Shown here: piece by piece, positions 1 to 13,700 of the stretch
How positions within the stretch are numbered: position 1 is the first letter of the stretch
Layout of the letters: the number at the start of each line of letters is the position of its first letter
Program-made: the position numbers and the translations under genes
Notes under the pieces: model-generated
Seen by the model: the letters and a program-made list of their open reading frames with translations, nothing else
The model's database searches: none
What the model was told of the DNA's origin: nothing
Assembly: GCF_001194135.2 (NCBI RefSeq)
Contig: NC_068990.1
Span: 34,818,524 to 34,855,543 of the forward strand
Length of the DNA: 37,020 nucleotides
DNA from: Octopus bimaculoides
Taxonomy: Eukaryota
Reading direction: 5' to 3'

Positions 1-221
1 AGAACTCTTCTTTCTCAGACTGGAACGAACACGACACAATGAAGTAGAGAAATTTGAAAAGACAACACGAAACCGGTTATTTCTCAAAATACAATGTTTA
101 TATACCAAACAGATTTTATAACATTTTTCTAACATTTTTCTAACATTTTTCTGACATAATTTAAATATATACTTTAACCATGTAACACAAGCCTTCTGTA
201 GTTTTTTCACTCTTATTATCT

Positions 222-259
<38 letters not shown>

Positions 260-1559
260 CATACATATATATGTGTGTGTGTGTGTGTGTGTGTACATAT
301 GTGTATATCTTGTATATATGCATATGCTTATCTCTCTATCTATCTATATTATGCTTCGACAGAATATGTCTATTATGTCTTGGGAATGATGTGCTGTCGG
401 ACGAAAACTCACACCATCATGTTTCCCAACGGTTTGTATCAGCTAAATATGATATACGTCTAATTCAATTCAAACCAGCGGCTCTTCGCAATATCAGTGA
501 AGCTATTGTTCACTTTTTCGTAAATATCGGAGGGAATGAATTTTGCTTAGACATGTGACTAGTGAGGGCACGTGAATGACAAGGCCGAAATGCATTTGGC
601 GTTCTCGTGAATCATTGCCAGGACAACTTTTCATCTTGCTCCAATATACATTGTTTTTAACACAGCATGTCGTTGAAGAGTTGGCTTCGATAGCGAGAAT
701 GTACAGTATCATTTTAATTCAATGTTATTTCAATTGCGTACACCGAATTTTTAACTAAAATAATTGTATACTCCGATAAACTGTAATTTCCTTCAGCGGA
801 ACTTACTTTCGATTTTCTTTACTTCAGAATTTAAAATGAAATATTTCCTAAATTTGCAAGTAGGCGTATATACTAACATTATTATAATCTCTTTTGATGC
901 TGAATGTTTTCAGGTTATACTGCAGTTGAAATCTATTCGGTGCTGATTATATTCAAATGGAAAGAGTAGGCGAACTGTTGTTTGTAGAATGTTAATATTA
1001 GATATATTTCATTATCATAATTATTGTACGGTAGACATTTTATCTTCTTTGGCTTCTATGTAGTATTTCTACTTCTGTACTTCATGGATTATTCAATTAA
1101 AGAAACCATGATACATAGGTTGCTGTTATAAAAAGTAGCTATCAATATATAAAATTAACTTCATAAAGTGCATAATTGCCTTTAATAGACTCAAAACATA
1201 TCGAGGAGGTCAGCATATAAGAGAACACATTACATAATATATGTAGAATATATATGATATCTGATTATATGACGTTATAGTTATGAACGTGATATCATTT
1301 GATAATGTTTTTTCTCCACCAAAGCTGGCTTAGAGTAGCAAACACCTGTCATTATTTGAGCCTCTGGTGGTCAAAACTCACCGTAATTCTGAAATTGAAA
1401 AGTAAGTCTCTAAGGCACAAGCATGCGCTGTTTACCAAAGACCGATGCAATATGTCACTAGTGTCATCACAGGTTAACTCAGAACTTATTGTGCCAGAAG
1501 AAATACCACCAAGAATTTTGTCTCACTTCCTAAAATAATTCTGACGTCCCACCGTCGAG

Positions 1560-1686
1560 ACTGCTACTCTATTTTATAAGCATGGAATAGTGAAAGAGAG
1601 GGCTAACCTCAAAACGTAAAGAGTCAGAACAAATGCCGCTAAGCATTTCGTTCGATGTTCTACTGATTCTGCCAGTTCACCGTCTC
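1560..1686 (-). mobile_element. Degenerate tRNA-derived SINE, 5' part (GGCGGTGAGCTGGCAGAATC-type family)
   Basis: Minus strand reads agacggtgaactggcagaatcagtagaacatcgaacgaaatgcttagcggcattt...ttacgttttgag, resembling from memory an abundant octopus SINE head. The body of the same family appears at 24496-24606. Confidence 0.65.
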
Positions 1687-2232
1687 TACCATTACCAAAA
1701 TTCACACTGTTGTTAATACAACACCATACCACACCATACCACCTCATTCGCTACATTTAACATAATCACTGAATAAGTGAGGCAAACAATCCATACCATC
1801 ACTCGTTTCCCTAAAACTGAAATTCCATCCTTCATTCCCATTTAAACAACGTTAACATTACAAATAACAGGTGAATGAAAGCAGTCGTCAACATAGTCGA
1901 ACGATTTCTAGAATTTAAATTCCATGGGAAACCTAAAAATTTCAGACCTATTATACCCAACAATCTATGTTATGTAGTACCGGAGGTGAATGTTATGTTC
2001 AGCACATCAACACGAAACAGTGACATCTGGTCGAGTTCAAAAACAGACTGAAGGGCAATATCTAATATTTTACCATGTAAATTCACCCCAATGTTTAACT
2101 CTACCCTTACCAGAATTGAAGGATTAGACGTGTCCACAATGTCTATACACATTAAAGAAACACCATGACTGCGTATACTCGTCTACGTACAACACAAAAA
2201 TCGAATGACGTCTCTGGGGATATTTCTAATTA

Positions 2233-2420
2233 TTATTTACATTTTCTCATCTCATTAAATAATATTCGTGAGTAATATTCTTGGCTCCCACGGTGATTAG
2301 GTTGTATTTCTTCTAGTTCTTCATTCTCATTTTCGGTGTACAACCAAGCATATGTGTATACTGGTCTTATACTTTGTTTATGTTTAGTTATATCTATTAA
2401 TCTTTCATTTGAGCTTATAT
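2233..2420 (-). mobile_element. Possible non-LTR reverse transcriptase C-terminal fragment
   Basis: Open frame ...TKHKQSIRPVYTYAWLYTENENEELEEIQ... resembles the YKxxIRPxLxYAxxxW...LExIQ motif after the RT core of CR1/Jockey/I-type LINEs. Short motif similarity only. Confidence 0.25.
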
Positions 2421-2429
2421 CTTTTATTT

Positions 2430-2725
2430 GTTTCAGTAATTGGACTGCAGGCATGCTTTGGCATTGCTTTGAAGAGTCCAGTGGAACGATTCGACCCTGA
2501 TACTCATTACATTTTTAGACTGAAACTTATTCTATTGGTTTATTGTTGAACCCTTAGGTTGTGGGGAAGTAAACAAACCAACATCGGTTGTGAAGCGGAC
2601 GAACATGCCTAGACACACAGATATATACACGTTTTTGTCCTGTAATTACTGTTCGCGTCTTGTATCTATTTCTCGAGTATATGTTATTTGCACCGTTGAT
2701 GAAGTCCTGTACCTATATATGCATT

Positions 2726-2773
<48 letters not shown>

Positions 2774-3040
2774 CATACACATATATTACATTATTTATAT
2801 GCATATNNNNNNNNNNNNNNNNNNNNNNNNNNNNNNNNNNNNNNTATATATATATATATATGCGCGTGCGCGTGTATAGAGCGGGCTTCTTCCAATTTAC
2901 TTCTACGAACTCTACTCGGAAGACTTTGGTGAACAGAGACTACAGTAGAACGCACTTGCCCAAGATGTCACGCAGTTTGACTGACCCCCGAACCACGTTT
3001 GACAAGCAAGCTTCTTACCACACAGCCACGCGTGCACCTA
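2430..3040 (-). mobile_element. CORE-type tRNA SINE with internal (TA)n microsatellite
   Basis: Head at 2880-3040 (plus strand cacttgcccaag...cttcttaccacacagccac) and tail at 2430-2620 (gactgc..catgct, gtaaacaaaccaacatcggttgt), separated by (TA)n and a gap. Same layout as 27300-27692. Confidence 0.75.
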
Positions 3041-4471
3041 TATATATTATTAGGTATTGTTATACGTAGTTATACATTAGTTTTGATTATGTCTAGCTTC
3101 TGTTCTCACATTCTGTGTCACTTTTGATATCGCTCTAGACGTCATTCATTGCCGCTAATCAATGTTTTTATGCCATTTCTGTGAAGTTCTCAGCGTCCTT
3201 TTGGTAATATTTTAATTTCAATTTTTTATTATTGTCATTATTATCAATATTTTACTTGCAGTATTTAGTTACGGCCCTTGACGTTTCTGAGTTCAAAACT
3301 CAGCGAACACAACTTTGCCTTTAATTCTCCCATTTGTCAACTACCCCGGCTGGCATAATTGTCTGTCTCATTTCTGTCAAGTTTCTAGCTTCATACGAAA
3401 TGCTAAATTGACCCTAGTAGAATTTGAACAAAGAATTTAAATAATATTAACTAAGTGCCACGTGACATTTCCATAATGATTCACCGATTGATTCTCTTCC
3501 ATCTCTTAAATGGTGTGAAGTTCTATAGTATAGTTAACTGTGGAATTAAATAACAAATTATTGGAACTGTTGTGAATCTTAGTAAGGAATATGCCTGTGA
3601 TTCGCTATATGATGGGTCCACGAGGAAGGTAAGAACAGAGAAAGACTACTTTAGTATACAGATCTCAAGATATTCCACGTGATACTATCACAGTCGTGCA
3701 AATTAATTAGATCTGTGTTTATATTAAAAAAGTTTGCAATTTGTTTGATTAGTTTTAACATTCGTTGAAATGAATTATTGTTGTCTAACTGAAATAACGA
3801 TGCTTTTCAAAATTTGTTTTCTACAAAGAAAAATATTATAAAGGAGACAGAAATATACTGCAAACTTTCCTCTATCTCTACTGTATATTAATGTCAAATA
3901 TCTGATATAATCCACCTCTTCATTATGGTCTTTTATTTGGAACAATTTATGTATTTTTTGTTACGGTTTGCTTAGATGTTCATTGTGACCAAATTATATC
4001 TCCGAAATGTTGTCAAAACACTAATATAAAATGGCGTATATTACATGACATTAGTTTTTTCCTTGTTTTACAAATAACTATCACGCATTCACTTGCTAAA
4101 TGAACCAGCAAATCAGACTATGAAAATAATAATAAAAAATATATTAGATTTCATTAAGTTGTCGAAAGAACAAAGGAATAAAAAAAGAAATTGAGGCAAG
4201 AAAAAAATTGGAAAAAAAAATAACGCGACGAAAGTGAAAAAAAAGAAGCATTTAATAAAAGAAGAAATATAAAAATGATGAATTGTAGTTATTCATTTAT
4301 ATATTCTTCATATTTTATTATATTTCATTTCATTTTTCGACGAGAAGTAATTTCATCAAAAAGTATTTGATTGATAGATGAAGAATGATTTCGATAAATC
4401 ATAGAGGGAAGAAAGAATAATAAGTTGCTAACTAAATGGACATAAAAATAATCTGAGGAAAACGCAAGCTG

Positions 4472-4636
<165 letters not shown>

Positions 4637-5289
4637 CCAGTATAAATAGGAAAAGAAAACGAAGGTACAAAGATTCGAAAAAAGAAATATTAAAAGGATA
4701 AAGACCAAAAAGAAAAAGAAAGAAAAAAAACTGAGAAAGAAATGCAAAAAGCGAAAATCGTCGCAGAACAATAGAGAAAGTTATTCAGTTGTATAGACTC
4801 GGCAGATGAGGCTGGAGCGTCAAGACGGAATGGATGAGGTTTTTCAGAGATGCAAGAGACATACAGACATAGAAAAGTCTTGTAGATTACCTGACGAATA
4901 TAATGGTATTGGAATCGGGAAAAATCGATTGCTCAAAATCAAAAAGATAATAGATAGCTGAGTCATAACCTCGTGTATCTATTACGATATTAAAAGTTTG
5001 ATATTTCAGACATCACACAATATCATAACGTTTGATATAAGACAGAATGTTCCGTTTCATTTCATTCATAGAATGAGAGCGTGTGGTGTAAGTGGTGCTG
5101 TGTGTGTGTGTGTGGGGGGGGGATCATTTCTGTTCTAACAGTCATGAAATCCCCGTTTCAGAACTTGCCTTTAATTATTGGCTGCAGAGGCTTATTTTTG
5201 TGACCCACCTTTTGACAGGTATATCATACGCCGGTTGAAAGGTCTCTGGGGTTGAAACTTCGCTCTTCACAAATACCTTTTCTTTCATT

Positions 5290-5528
5290 ATCATATACAT
5301 ACATGCATACATACAAGCATACATACAGACAAACATACACACACGTACACACAGATACATGCACACACATATATATAAAAGTGTATACACACATGGATAT
5401 GTATTTGCAAGTACATGTATAAGCTATGTATGTATATCTTTTCACGAGTTACTTGGTCTACATATATGTATATATACAAAAACATCTATGTTTTGTATAT
5501 ATACATATATGAATATGTATATATCCAA

Positions 5529-5574
<46 letters not shown>

Positions 5575-5769
5575 TATATATGGACTAGTGTAAATCTGTA
5601 TACATGTGTATGGATCTTTAAAACGCTGTGGGTATATATTGGAGTACACATACATCTATAGGAACATATATGCATATATATACATGTATGTATCTATATA
5701 TATACGTACAGAAATGCATACATATATATGTGTGTGTATACATGTATAGATATGTATTTGTATGTATGC

Positions 5770-5816
<47 letters not shown>

Positions 5817-5868
5817 AACACACGTACATATATATATACATACAAACATACATAGGTATATATATATG

Positions 5869-5912
<44 letters not shown>

Positions 5913-5920
5913 TACATGCC
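5290..5920. repeat. Compound (TA)n/(CA)n/(TG)n low-complexity tract
   Basis: Interrupted dinucleotide and CATA runs. Confidence 0.95.
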
Positions 5921-6127
5921 TAGATTCATACGCACAGCAATATATTAGTTGCTACCAGCCCAATAGAATCCCGCTCCTATATTTAGAATGTTCCTATTGT
6001 TAGGAGATGTCATTAGGTTATGTTGGTAACTAGTTTCACTCTCCAATATCTCAATAACAGGTAAAGCTGAAGGCAGGTTGGTGGTAATTGTGTTATGTTT
6101 GACGATGTATTTCTGGCTTTTGCTGTT

Positions 6128-6402
6128 CTATTGAGATAACACTGGCGTTGGAACTGCTAGCTTGTTGAAAATTACGACATTTTCACATTCTATTGATGTT
6201 CTTCGTGTTCGATAGAGCACAGAGATCAAGTCGATAGAACCGCTTATTGTGTTATTGCAGTTGCTGTTGTTTTGTTTGTTGAAAAGATGATGGTCTATTG
6301 GTAATGGTGCGTTGGCAATGGCGCTGCTAGTTGATGATGAGGGATACTGCTCAGTGGGATATTTAACTAATGTATGTTGGTTCGAACATGGTGACGCAGA
6401 CA
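6128..6402 (-). CDS. Candidate terminal coding exon of an unidentified gene (phase 1, about 91 aa, S/N-rich)
   Basis: Strong acceptor (catttgtctctttctatccttacgcacttccag|TG) directly followed by a stop-free frame to TAG at 6130-6128: SASPCSNQHTLVKYPTEQYPSSSTSS...RTRRTSIECENVVIFNKLAVPTPVLSQ*. No homology recognised. Confidence 0.4.
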
Positions 6403-6429
6403 CTGGAAGTGCGTAAGGATAGAAAGAGA

Positions 6430-6469
6430 CAAATGTATGTATGTGTATATATATATATCTATCTATCTA

Positions 6470-6502
<33 letters not shown>

Positions 6503-6824
6503 NNNNNNNNNNNNNNNNNNNNNNNNNNNNNNNNNNNNNNNNNNNNNNNNNNNNNNNNNNNNNNNNNNNNNNNNNNNNNNNNNNNNNNNNNNNNNNNNNN
6601 NNNNNNNNNNNNNNNNNNNNNNNNNNNNNNNNNNNNNNNNNNNNNNNNNNNNNNNNNNNNNNNNNNNNNNNNNNNNNNNNNNNNNNNNNNNNNNNNNNNN
6701 NNNNNNNNNNNNNNNNNNNNNNNNNNNNNNNNNNNNNNNNNNNNNNNNNNNNNNNNNNNNNNNNNNNNNNNNNNNNNNNNNNNNNNNNNNNNNNNNNNNN
6801 NNNNNNNNNNNNNNNNNNNNNNNN

Positions 6825-6867
<43 letters not shown>

Positions 6868-7033
6868 GCAGATGTATGTATGCATGTATATATGTATATG
6901 TATATACATATGTGTATGTATATATCTTTATCTATATATACATGTATCTCTCTTTCTCTCTGTCTCTCTCCACACACACACACACACACACAGACACTCA
7001 CACACATACATACATACATACATAAATACATAC

Positions 7034-7068
<35 letters not shown>

Positions 7069-7070
7069 AT
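6430..7070. repeat. (TA)n/(CA)n/(CATA)n tract spanning gap 6503-6824
   Basis: Seen directly. Confidence 0.95.
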
Positions 7071-7754
7071 GTTTCATAGCTACTCAACAGGGTAGATAAA
7101 CATTCCTATCAATGGAAATATATTTCATATTAGGGCTCAAGGAATATTTTTTAGCGATCATAATTCAGTGCTCTGATACTAGACTCTAGTGGGAAATAAA
7201 ATAGAAAATACATTAGTATGTACAACATCAAAGAAAATACAAATTGTAATACCGCACGTCTACAGAGTATTTCGTGTGTGTATATATATATAAACGTCTG
7301 TATGTCTATATCACGTTGTATCTGTTATCGATTACAGTTCATATTTTCTGTAACGTGCTGCATGATATTTTATAGTATTCGATGACTAATGTCTAAACAC
7401 CGAATTATTTTAATCTAAAATTATTCACTGCCCCCTAATGTGAAGCATATTTCGAATAATAGTAACTGAAATGTACTACGTTGATAACACAGGCACACAC
7501 ACACACAAACACACACACACACACACACCTAAATACTGTCTCTGTCAACTTTTGATCTGTTATCAGGTGAACAGAAAAGTCGTGTGTTTAAGCAAATAGA
7601 TTGACAATACACAACAAATACATTACAAGCTAAAAAAAAAAAAAAAGGACTGTACCCCTGTAGTCAGCTAATCAGCATAGACTTAATGACCAAGTATTAT
7701 TGAGGATGCGCTCTGTGTTTCTGCATACATATCTCAGAGCATGTGGAAGACAAA

Positions 7755-8262
7755 CACTTTAGCGAATTGTATATTCGTCATTGCATGGAACAGTTGCAAG
7801 GAGCATCTTATGCACTGTATATCTTTTCGGTGAGAAACGCAAAATGTTGTTTAACAAATTCAAAATCGGTGATTTTGATCTGTTAGATCAGTATCGATGA
7901 AGAAGAACAACTGTTTTCAATAACAACAGTTGAAAAGGATCCGTGTGAAAGTATTAGGTGCTTATCCCGGAGGTTTAATAAACCGTGATTCACTGAGCAA
8001 TATCATCTCAGGCGTATTGGGGATGTACTCAGAAAAGGAAAGTTGGTATCTCATGAGCTGTCTCCAAAGAAATGAAGCAAAGTATTCAATAATTTGCAGA
8101 AATTTGCCAATCGAAAAGGAAGAGCTTTTCTTAACTGAATTGTAGGAAAAGATGGATTGTCTATTCCAGCAATTATGCTAAGTCGCAGTGAATATTGCTA
8201 AATGAAAATCGTGTTTAAACGTCCAAATTAGATCAATACTCCAAGAAGATTTTGTTGCGCGC
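7755..8262 (+). mobile_element. Mariner (Mos1/SETMAR-like) transposase relic, N-terminal half
   Basis: Frameshifted pieces SELYIRHCM, SVRN, FNKFKIGDFDLLDQ, VEKDPCESIRCLSRRFNKP, HLRRIG, GKLVSHELSPK (8043-8060 = WVPHEL motif) and FLN*IV occur in the collinear order of mariner transposases. Stops and frameshifts present; cut off by (TA)n and a gap. Confidence 0.85.
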
Positions 8263-8268
8263 TTAGAC

Positions 8269-8274
<6 letters not shown>

Positions 8275-8299
<25 letters not shown>

Positions 8300-8920
8300 N
8301 NNNNNNNNNNNNNNNNNNNNNNNNNNNNNNNNNNNNNNNNNNNNNNNNNNNNNNNNNNNNNNNNNNNNNNNNNNNNNNNNNNNNNNNNNNNNNNNNNNNN
8401 NNNNNNNNNNNNNNNNNNNNNNNNNNNNNNNNNNNNNNNNNNNNNNNNNNNNNNNNNNNNNNNNNNNNNNNNNNNNNNNNNNNNNNNNNNNNNNNNNNNN
8501 NNNNNNNNNNNNNNNNNNNNNNNNNNNNNNNNNNNNNNNNNNNNNNNNNNNNNNNNNNNNNNNNNNNNNNNNNNNNNNNNNNNNNNNNNNNNNNNNNNNN
8601 NNNNNNNNNNNNNNNNNNNNNNNNNNNNNNNNNNNNNNNNNNNNNNNNNNNNNNNNNNNNNNNNNNNNNNNNNNNNNNNNNNNNNNNNNNNNNNNNNNNN
8701 NNNNNNNNNNNNNNNNNNNNNNNNNNNNNNNNNNNNNNNNNNNNNNNNNNNNNNNNNNNNNNNNNNNNNNNNNNNNNNNNNNNNNNNNNNNNNNNNNNNN
8801 NNNNNNNNNNNNNNNNNNNNNNNNNNNNNNNNNNNNNNNNNNNNNNNNNNNNNNNNNNNNNNNNNNNNNNNNNNNNNNNNNNNNNNNNNNNNNNNNNNNN
8901 NNNNNNNNNNNNNNNNNNNN

Positions 8921-8960
<40 letters not shown>
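8275..8960. repeat. (TA)n flanking gap 8300-8920
   Basis: Seen directly. Confidence 0.95.
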
Positions 8961-8963
<3 letters not shown>

Positions 8964-8979
8964 CCCACTCACATATATA

Positions 8980-9090
8980 CGATGGGGTTCTTCCACTTTC
9001 CTGCAACGAAACAATCAAATCTACGATCCTCCGTTGAACCCGAGATCATCTTGTTGGGAAACAAACTTCTTACCACCCATACACGCTGTC
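8980..9090 (-). mobile_element. Degenerate, internally deleted CORE-type SINE head
   Basis: gatggggttcttccactttc...tgaacccgagatcatcttgttgggaaacaaacttcttaccac matches the head seen at 2880-3040 and 27540-27692. Confidence 0.55.
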
Positions 9091-11049
9091 ACCTACAAAC
9101 AGTAACTATTTACTTATCTTTGGAATAAGCAGCATTTATCAGCAGTTTACTGACGTTTACGCTCTTATGGATAACTCCTTAGTAACTTCCACGGATTCTC
9201 ATCTCTTCGTTTGGTTTCTTAAGTGATCCTATGATGCTTTTAAAGTTCATTCCATCATCAAATTATATAGTCAATCATTTGCGTCTTTGAACAAGTTTTC
9301 AATCACATTCGGATTCCTGTTGTAGCTGTTACAAGAATCATGCATAGAACTTAATAGAAAAAACAGCCAAATCTCTCTGAAATCACACTGTACAACTTTA
9401 AAACAAGAGCTTCATTCCTTTAGATAACGTAGACTTAGAAACAGTTTGAAAACAACAACAACAACAATGACAATAACGACAACAATAATAACTGCAACAA
9501 CAAGAGCAGCGGTAGCAGCAACAGCTACCAAAACAATAATTCATGTGAAGCTCTGAATACGCAGCACAGATTTTCTGCTCCACCAATGTATTTTGGGAAC
9601 CGACTACTGTCACTACACCAATAACATCATCCAGCAACACCTATTATGTCACTTGTTGACGTTTCTTCTGCACTGTGGGACGCGTTCGAATTTATTATAT
9701 CATCCCCACCCACTAGGGAGCATCACAGAAGTATGCCGAAACGATCCTTGTAATATATAAAGTTTCCAATGCATTGTCTTGCGCATCAGTCATTTAAAAT
9801 GTACTCAGTGTGCACCGAGTATTTCCTAACGTAGACCCAACGACTAAACCTCATTTACTGCGGATGACGTCTGATAACCGTAGGTGGTGAACATGGTCTG
9901 ACGGCACACCTCTAGAGACATACTCAAATAAGGTCTGGATGTTAAATTGTAAAACTTCGTATCTAAACTTTAATTCTAATTATAACTATGTATGTATGAC
10001 TATGTATGCATATGTGTGTGTATGTAATTTATGTATGTATGTATGTACGTATGCATGTATGCGTATGAATGTATGTATGCATATATAAGTGAGAAGAATG
10101 AAGTTGTGTTATGTTAATAATTTTCTTAACAATATCTGCGTTAGAAAATAAAAATATTACTTTTAGATACGAATCGAAAATTCGTCTTAGGTTTAGTTGC
10201 TCACTATTTACTATTCTATGTAGACCTGAAATGAAAAAGAGCAACAACAGCATAGAAGCATTAAATACTAAAATGATTACCAAAGTATATCTATAAAATC
10301 CTTGTTGAATATTATTTCGGAATTTTTGCATTTAGTATTTGGGAAGGAAGTAGTTATGATTTTTACAACCCCGTTTCTTAGGTCGCTATACTTTCGATTT
10401 TTCTTTAGAGTATAAAATACGACTCGCGTGAAAACACCATTTACTCTGCGACGTCGGAAGTTGTGAAAAACAAAATGTAACTGTAAGCTTTTAGCTTGAT
10501 TACCTTCGATTTTTATGCAACTCTCTGTGTATCATTTCTTAAACATTTCTGTGTTATGGAAAATACGGTGGGAGTAGCGATAAGCATATCACGTGCCAAG
10601 TTTGCGATTCAATGTCTCCACTTAGCGGAAACTACTTCGCTTCAGGTCTGTCAGCAACACGACCAGGAAAAGAATTTTTATCTCATAATCACATTTTCTC
10701 ATCGATACAGTTATAATTTCTGTCTTGACACTTTTATCGTTATGGTAATTCTGTCTTATAAAAATATTAATTTATTTTCTAAACTTGTTGGAATCCATTT
10801 TTCTCGAAATGAATCTAAGTTGTATCTAATATGGCATATAATATAATCATGCAGTTAAATATTTCCTCTCTTTTAAGCAACTTCGACACACCAGCTTATA
10901 AGTATTTTTTTTAGGAATACCTTTATTTACTCTCAAAAGAATTCTTTTCTCGTATGATATCTAAAGGCGAATATTTATTCTCACCTTCATCTACCGTATA
11001 TACACGACACCAATATCTAACAACAAACAGAATAAATGACACATCACAC

Positions 11050-13700
11050 CCAGTAACAGAGAATTAACATTAATGAAACTAGCGGAAACAATAAATTACA
11101 TTAACAGCTTAGAAGAGATAAAAACAAATTGGAGGACATTGGGTCAACAGAATCCTCTATCCTCAAAACAAAAAAAAAGTGCCAGAAGATAGATAGGGAT
11201 CTCACAAACTTGATACGATGACCGAATATATATAACATATATATCTACTAAGGAAACCTGAGTTGATCCTTATAGAGTTAGAGCTTTCTCAAACAATCCT
11301 AAGGAAAGAAAACTGGGGAAAAAATATACAGAATAAATTAATAGCAATGGGAAAAAACTCGTCATTACTCACCAGAAAATAAAAGGAAAAATAGGATGAC
11401 CCGCGCCATGGAAAAAAACAAGGAAAAATATCCAATAATAAAATATACCAGTAAAAAAAATCGTAATGAAACCGAATAGTAAAGATATGCAGGGTTTGAC
11501 GCTTCTGAAAATGTGAGGTTTTATTTTTCAAGAATACTCTACTACTTAAATTAGAATACCGATAGCCTTTTCAGTGACTATAAAAGAAAGGAAAAAGCAA
11601 TACATTGAGTAACATACTAACCTCACTAGTCCGTAACCCACAACGGCTGACGGGGATAGTGCAGATATAAAACATTCAGTACAATCAAATAGCACAACAG
11701 ACCAAAAGTAAGTTCGTCCAGCAGACATGTAGTAAGGAATTCAGTAACTCATCAACAATTGCAAGTATATGGTGTGTTCCGTGAACAGAATCACGAATTC
11801 TAAGATAAACAAAAACCCACTAACCATTACATAAGTTTTAGTATTTAAGGTATTAATAAACAAACCAGAATGGATTATAATGCTTATTATAAACACAACG
11901 ATACCAATAGCGTTAACAATCATCCCCAACTAACAGTCTAAAGAGGGCATCGCAAATCTTTAACTCTAAGACAGGTTGACTTTCCATGTAGAAAATAATA
12001 CCATTTTACTAGATGAGAACAAAGAATGACAGTAGGGACGTATGGATGTGAAGAGAAGTTATTGATTACATGGTAAATTAACGCAACTAGCAAAAGTTGA
12101 AATACAACCTTGGTATAACATATACTAATAACCAAAGCTCATTTAATCGCAGAAAAGGCTGTTAAATATTAAAGGCATTGCGTACAGAAACTGAAATCAT
12201 ATAAAACTAGGACAGATCACCCTTGCAAATATTTAGGGGTACATGAAAAGGATATAATGCAATAGCTAGAAATGAAGGAAGAAAATAGGTAAACTTATTT
12301 GGAAAGAGCCATACTCATATTAGAAGACGAACCTGATAGGAAAAATATGATGGTATGTGTGAATACGTTAACCATCACCGATTTAAACTTTATCTTGAAA
12401 TATTACAATGGAGATAAAAGGAATTAAAAGGTTTAGACAGGTATAGCAAAAACACCACACAGTGTTCTCAGCCAACGGCGAAAAGTCGATATAGATCAGA
12501 TATATTTATTCAGTTTACAAGAAAGATGGGACTGGACAAGATTAGAGAGTTATTGCAAAGTAACAACGCAGGACTAAGAAAAAAAAACTTTGAAAGAATG
12601 AAAGGAAACTGCATAGTGTAATAAAGAAACATTAAGCAAAGAGAAAATAGTTTCTGTATCTCGACATAAAGAAACAATGAAATAATAAAATAAAGGTTAG
12701 AACCACTGAAGATAAGAAGGTTTTAGATAAGAACAAAACAAGAAGAAAAGTAAACACGAATGGAATTCTAATATGAAATAAACAAAGGTATGGAGAAAAC
12801 AACTAACAACTAGCAAGACTGGAAATTTACAATGAATTCCAACAGACCTATATGGTGAAATGAAATGTATGTCTATTTGACAATATGTCGACATATCAAC
12901 GTGAAAACTGTTATGAAGTGGTCTGTTGTTGTTGGCACTCCGTCGCCTACGACGTCGAGGGTTCCAGTTGATCCGATCAACGGAACAGCCTGCTCGTGAA
13001 ATTAACGTGCAAGCGGCTGAGCACTCCACAGACACGTGTACCCTTAACGTAGTTCTCGGGGATATTCAGCGTGACACAGTGTGACAAGGCTGACCCTTTG
13101 AATTACAGGCACAACAGAAACAGGAAGTAAGAGTGAGAGAAAGTTGTAGTGAAAGAGTACAGCATGGTTCGCTACCATCCCCTGCCGAAGCCTCGTGGAG
13201 CTTTAGGTGTTTTCGCGCAATAAACACTCACAACGCCCTGTCTGGGAATCGAAACCGCGATCCTATGACCGCGAGTCCGCTGCCCTAACCACTGGGCCAT
13301 TGCGCCTCCACAAGAAGTGGTATAAACATGTATAAAAAAAAAACATGACACATGGCAACTGTCTGGTCATAATAATTTGTCAGATATAGCCATGGAAAGA
13401 GAATGACTGGGATATTTGAACCCTAGTGGTATCACAATCGTACAACATTGCCGGAGAGGAAGTCGGAAAGCCTTAAGATAACAAGACCCCTAAAATAGAA
13501 AAAATGCAGGACGTGGGATGTGAATGTAGAACACATAGAATGAGGAGAGCTTACAATTCTTTATACTAAGATACAGCTATATAGGAAGTGTATACATCAT
13601 GCACAAGGTACATTCAGTTTAGTAGCGCACTTAGATAATGCAACCGACAGAAAACATATTCTACCCAGTCACCACCCAGTAATGTAAGATATAATCAAAC
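11050..13700 (+). mobile_element. Heavily decayed R4/Dong-like non-LTR retrotransposon, interrupted by a SINE
   Basis: Collinear motif remnants: TILLDENK...GTYGCEEKLLI (about 12000-12065; cf. LPEEQKG...GSYGCKDQLLI), KYLGVHEKD...YLER..LILE...NMMVCVNT (about 12230-12370), W..KELKGLDR, KVDIDQIY, then after the SINE HNN...WYHN and WDVN (cf. RHD...WYxH...LWDF). A-rich sense strand, many stops. Boundaries approximate. Confidence 0.7.
12923..13311 (-). mobile_element. Full-length tRNA-derived SINE with target-site duplication
   Basis: Minus-strand head GTGGAGGCGCAATGGCCCAGTGGTTAGGGCAGCGGACTCGCGG...GGTTTCGATTCC (A and B boxes), (CAA)n tail, GAAGTGGT at 12915-12922 and 13314-13321. Second copy at 34663-34966. 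Confidence 0.92.

Noticed and set aside
6061-6135. Plus-strand hydrophobic tail GKAEGRLVVIVLCLTMYFWLLLFY* (GPI-signal-like), chainable to 3583-3628 and 5072-5087
   Set aside because: The chain depends on free choice among open frames and conflicts with the stronger minus-strand exon next to it.
9430-9545. Perfect-looking transmembrane helix on the minus strand (IIVLVAVAATAALVVAVIIVVV...), and an N-rich peptide on the plus strand
   Set aside because: Both come from a degenerate (AAC)n tract; the helix frame has a TGA just upstream and no acceptor.
9729-9760. EVCRNDPCN, resembling an LU-domain C-terminal Cx4CN motif
   Set aside because: It lacks the paired cysteine, stops one codon later, and lies upstream of the LU-like exons, which is the wrong order.
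10588-10611. ITCQVCDS (LU-like or zinc-finger-like)
   Set aside because: No credible acceptor between the upstream stop and the motif; CxxC is common by chance in TG-rich DNA.
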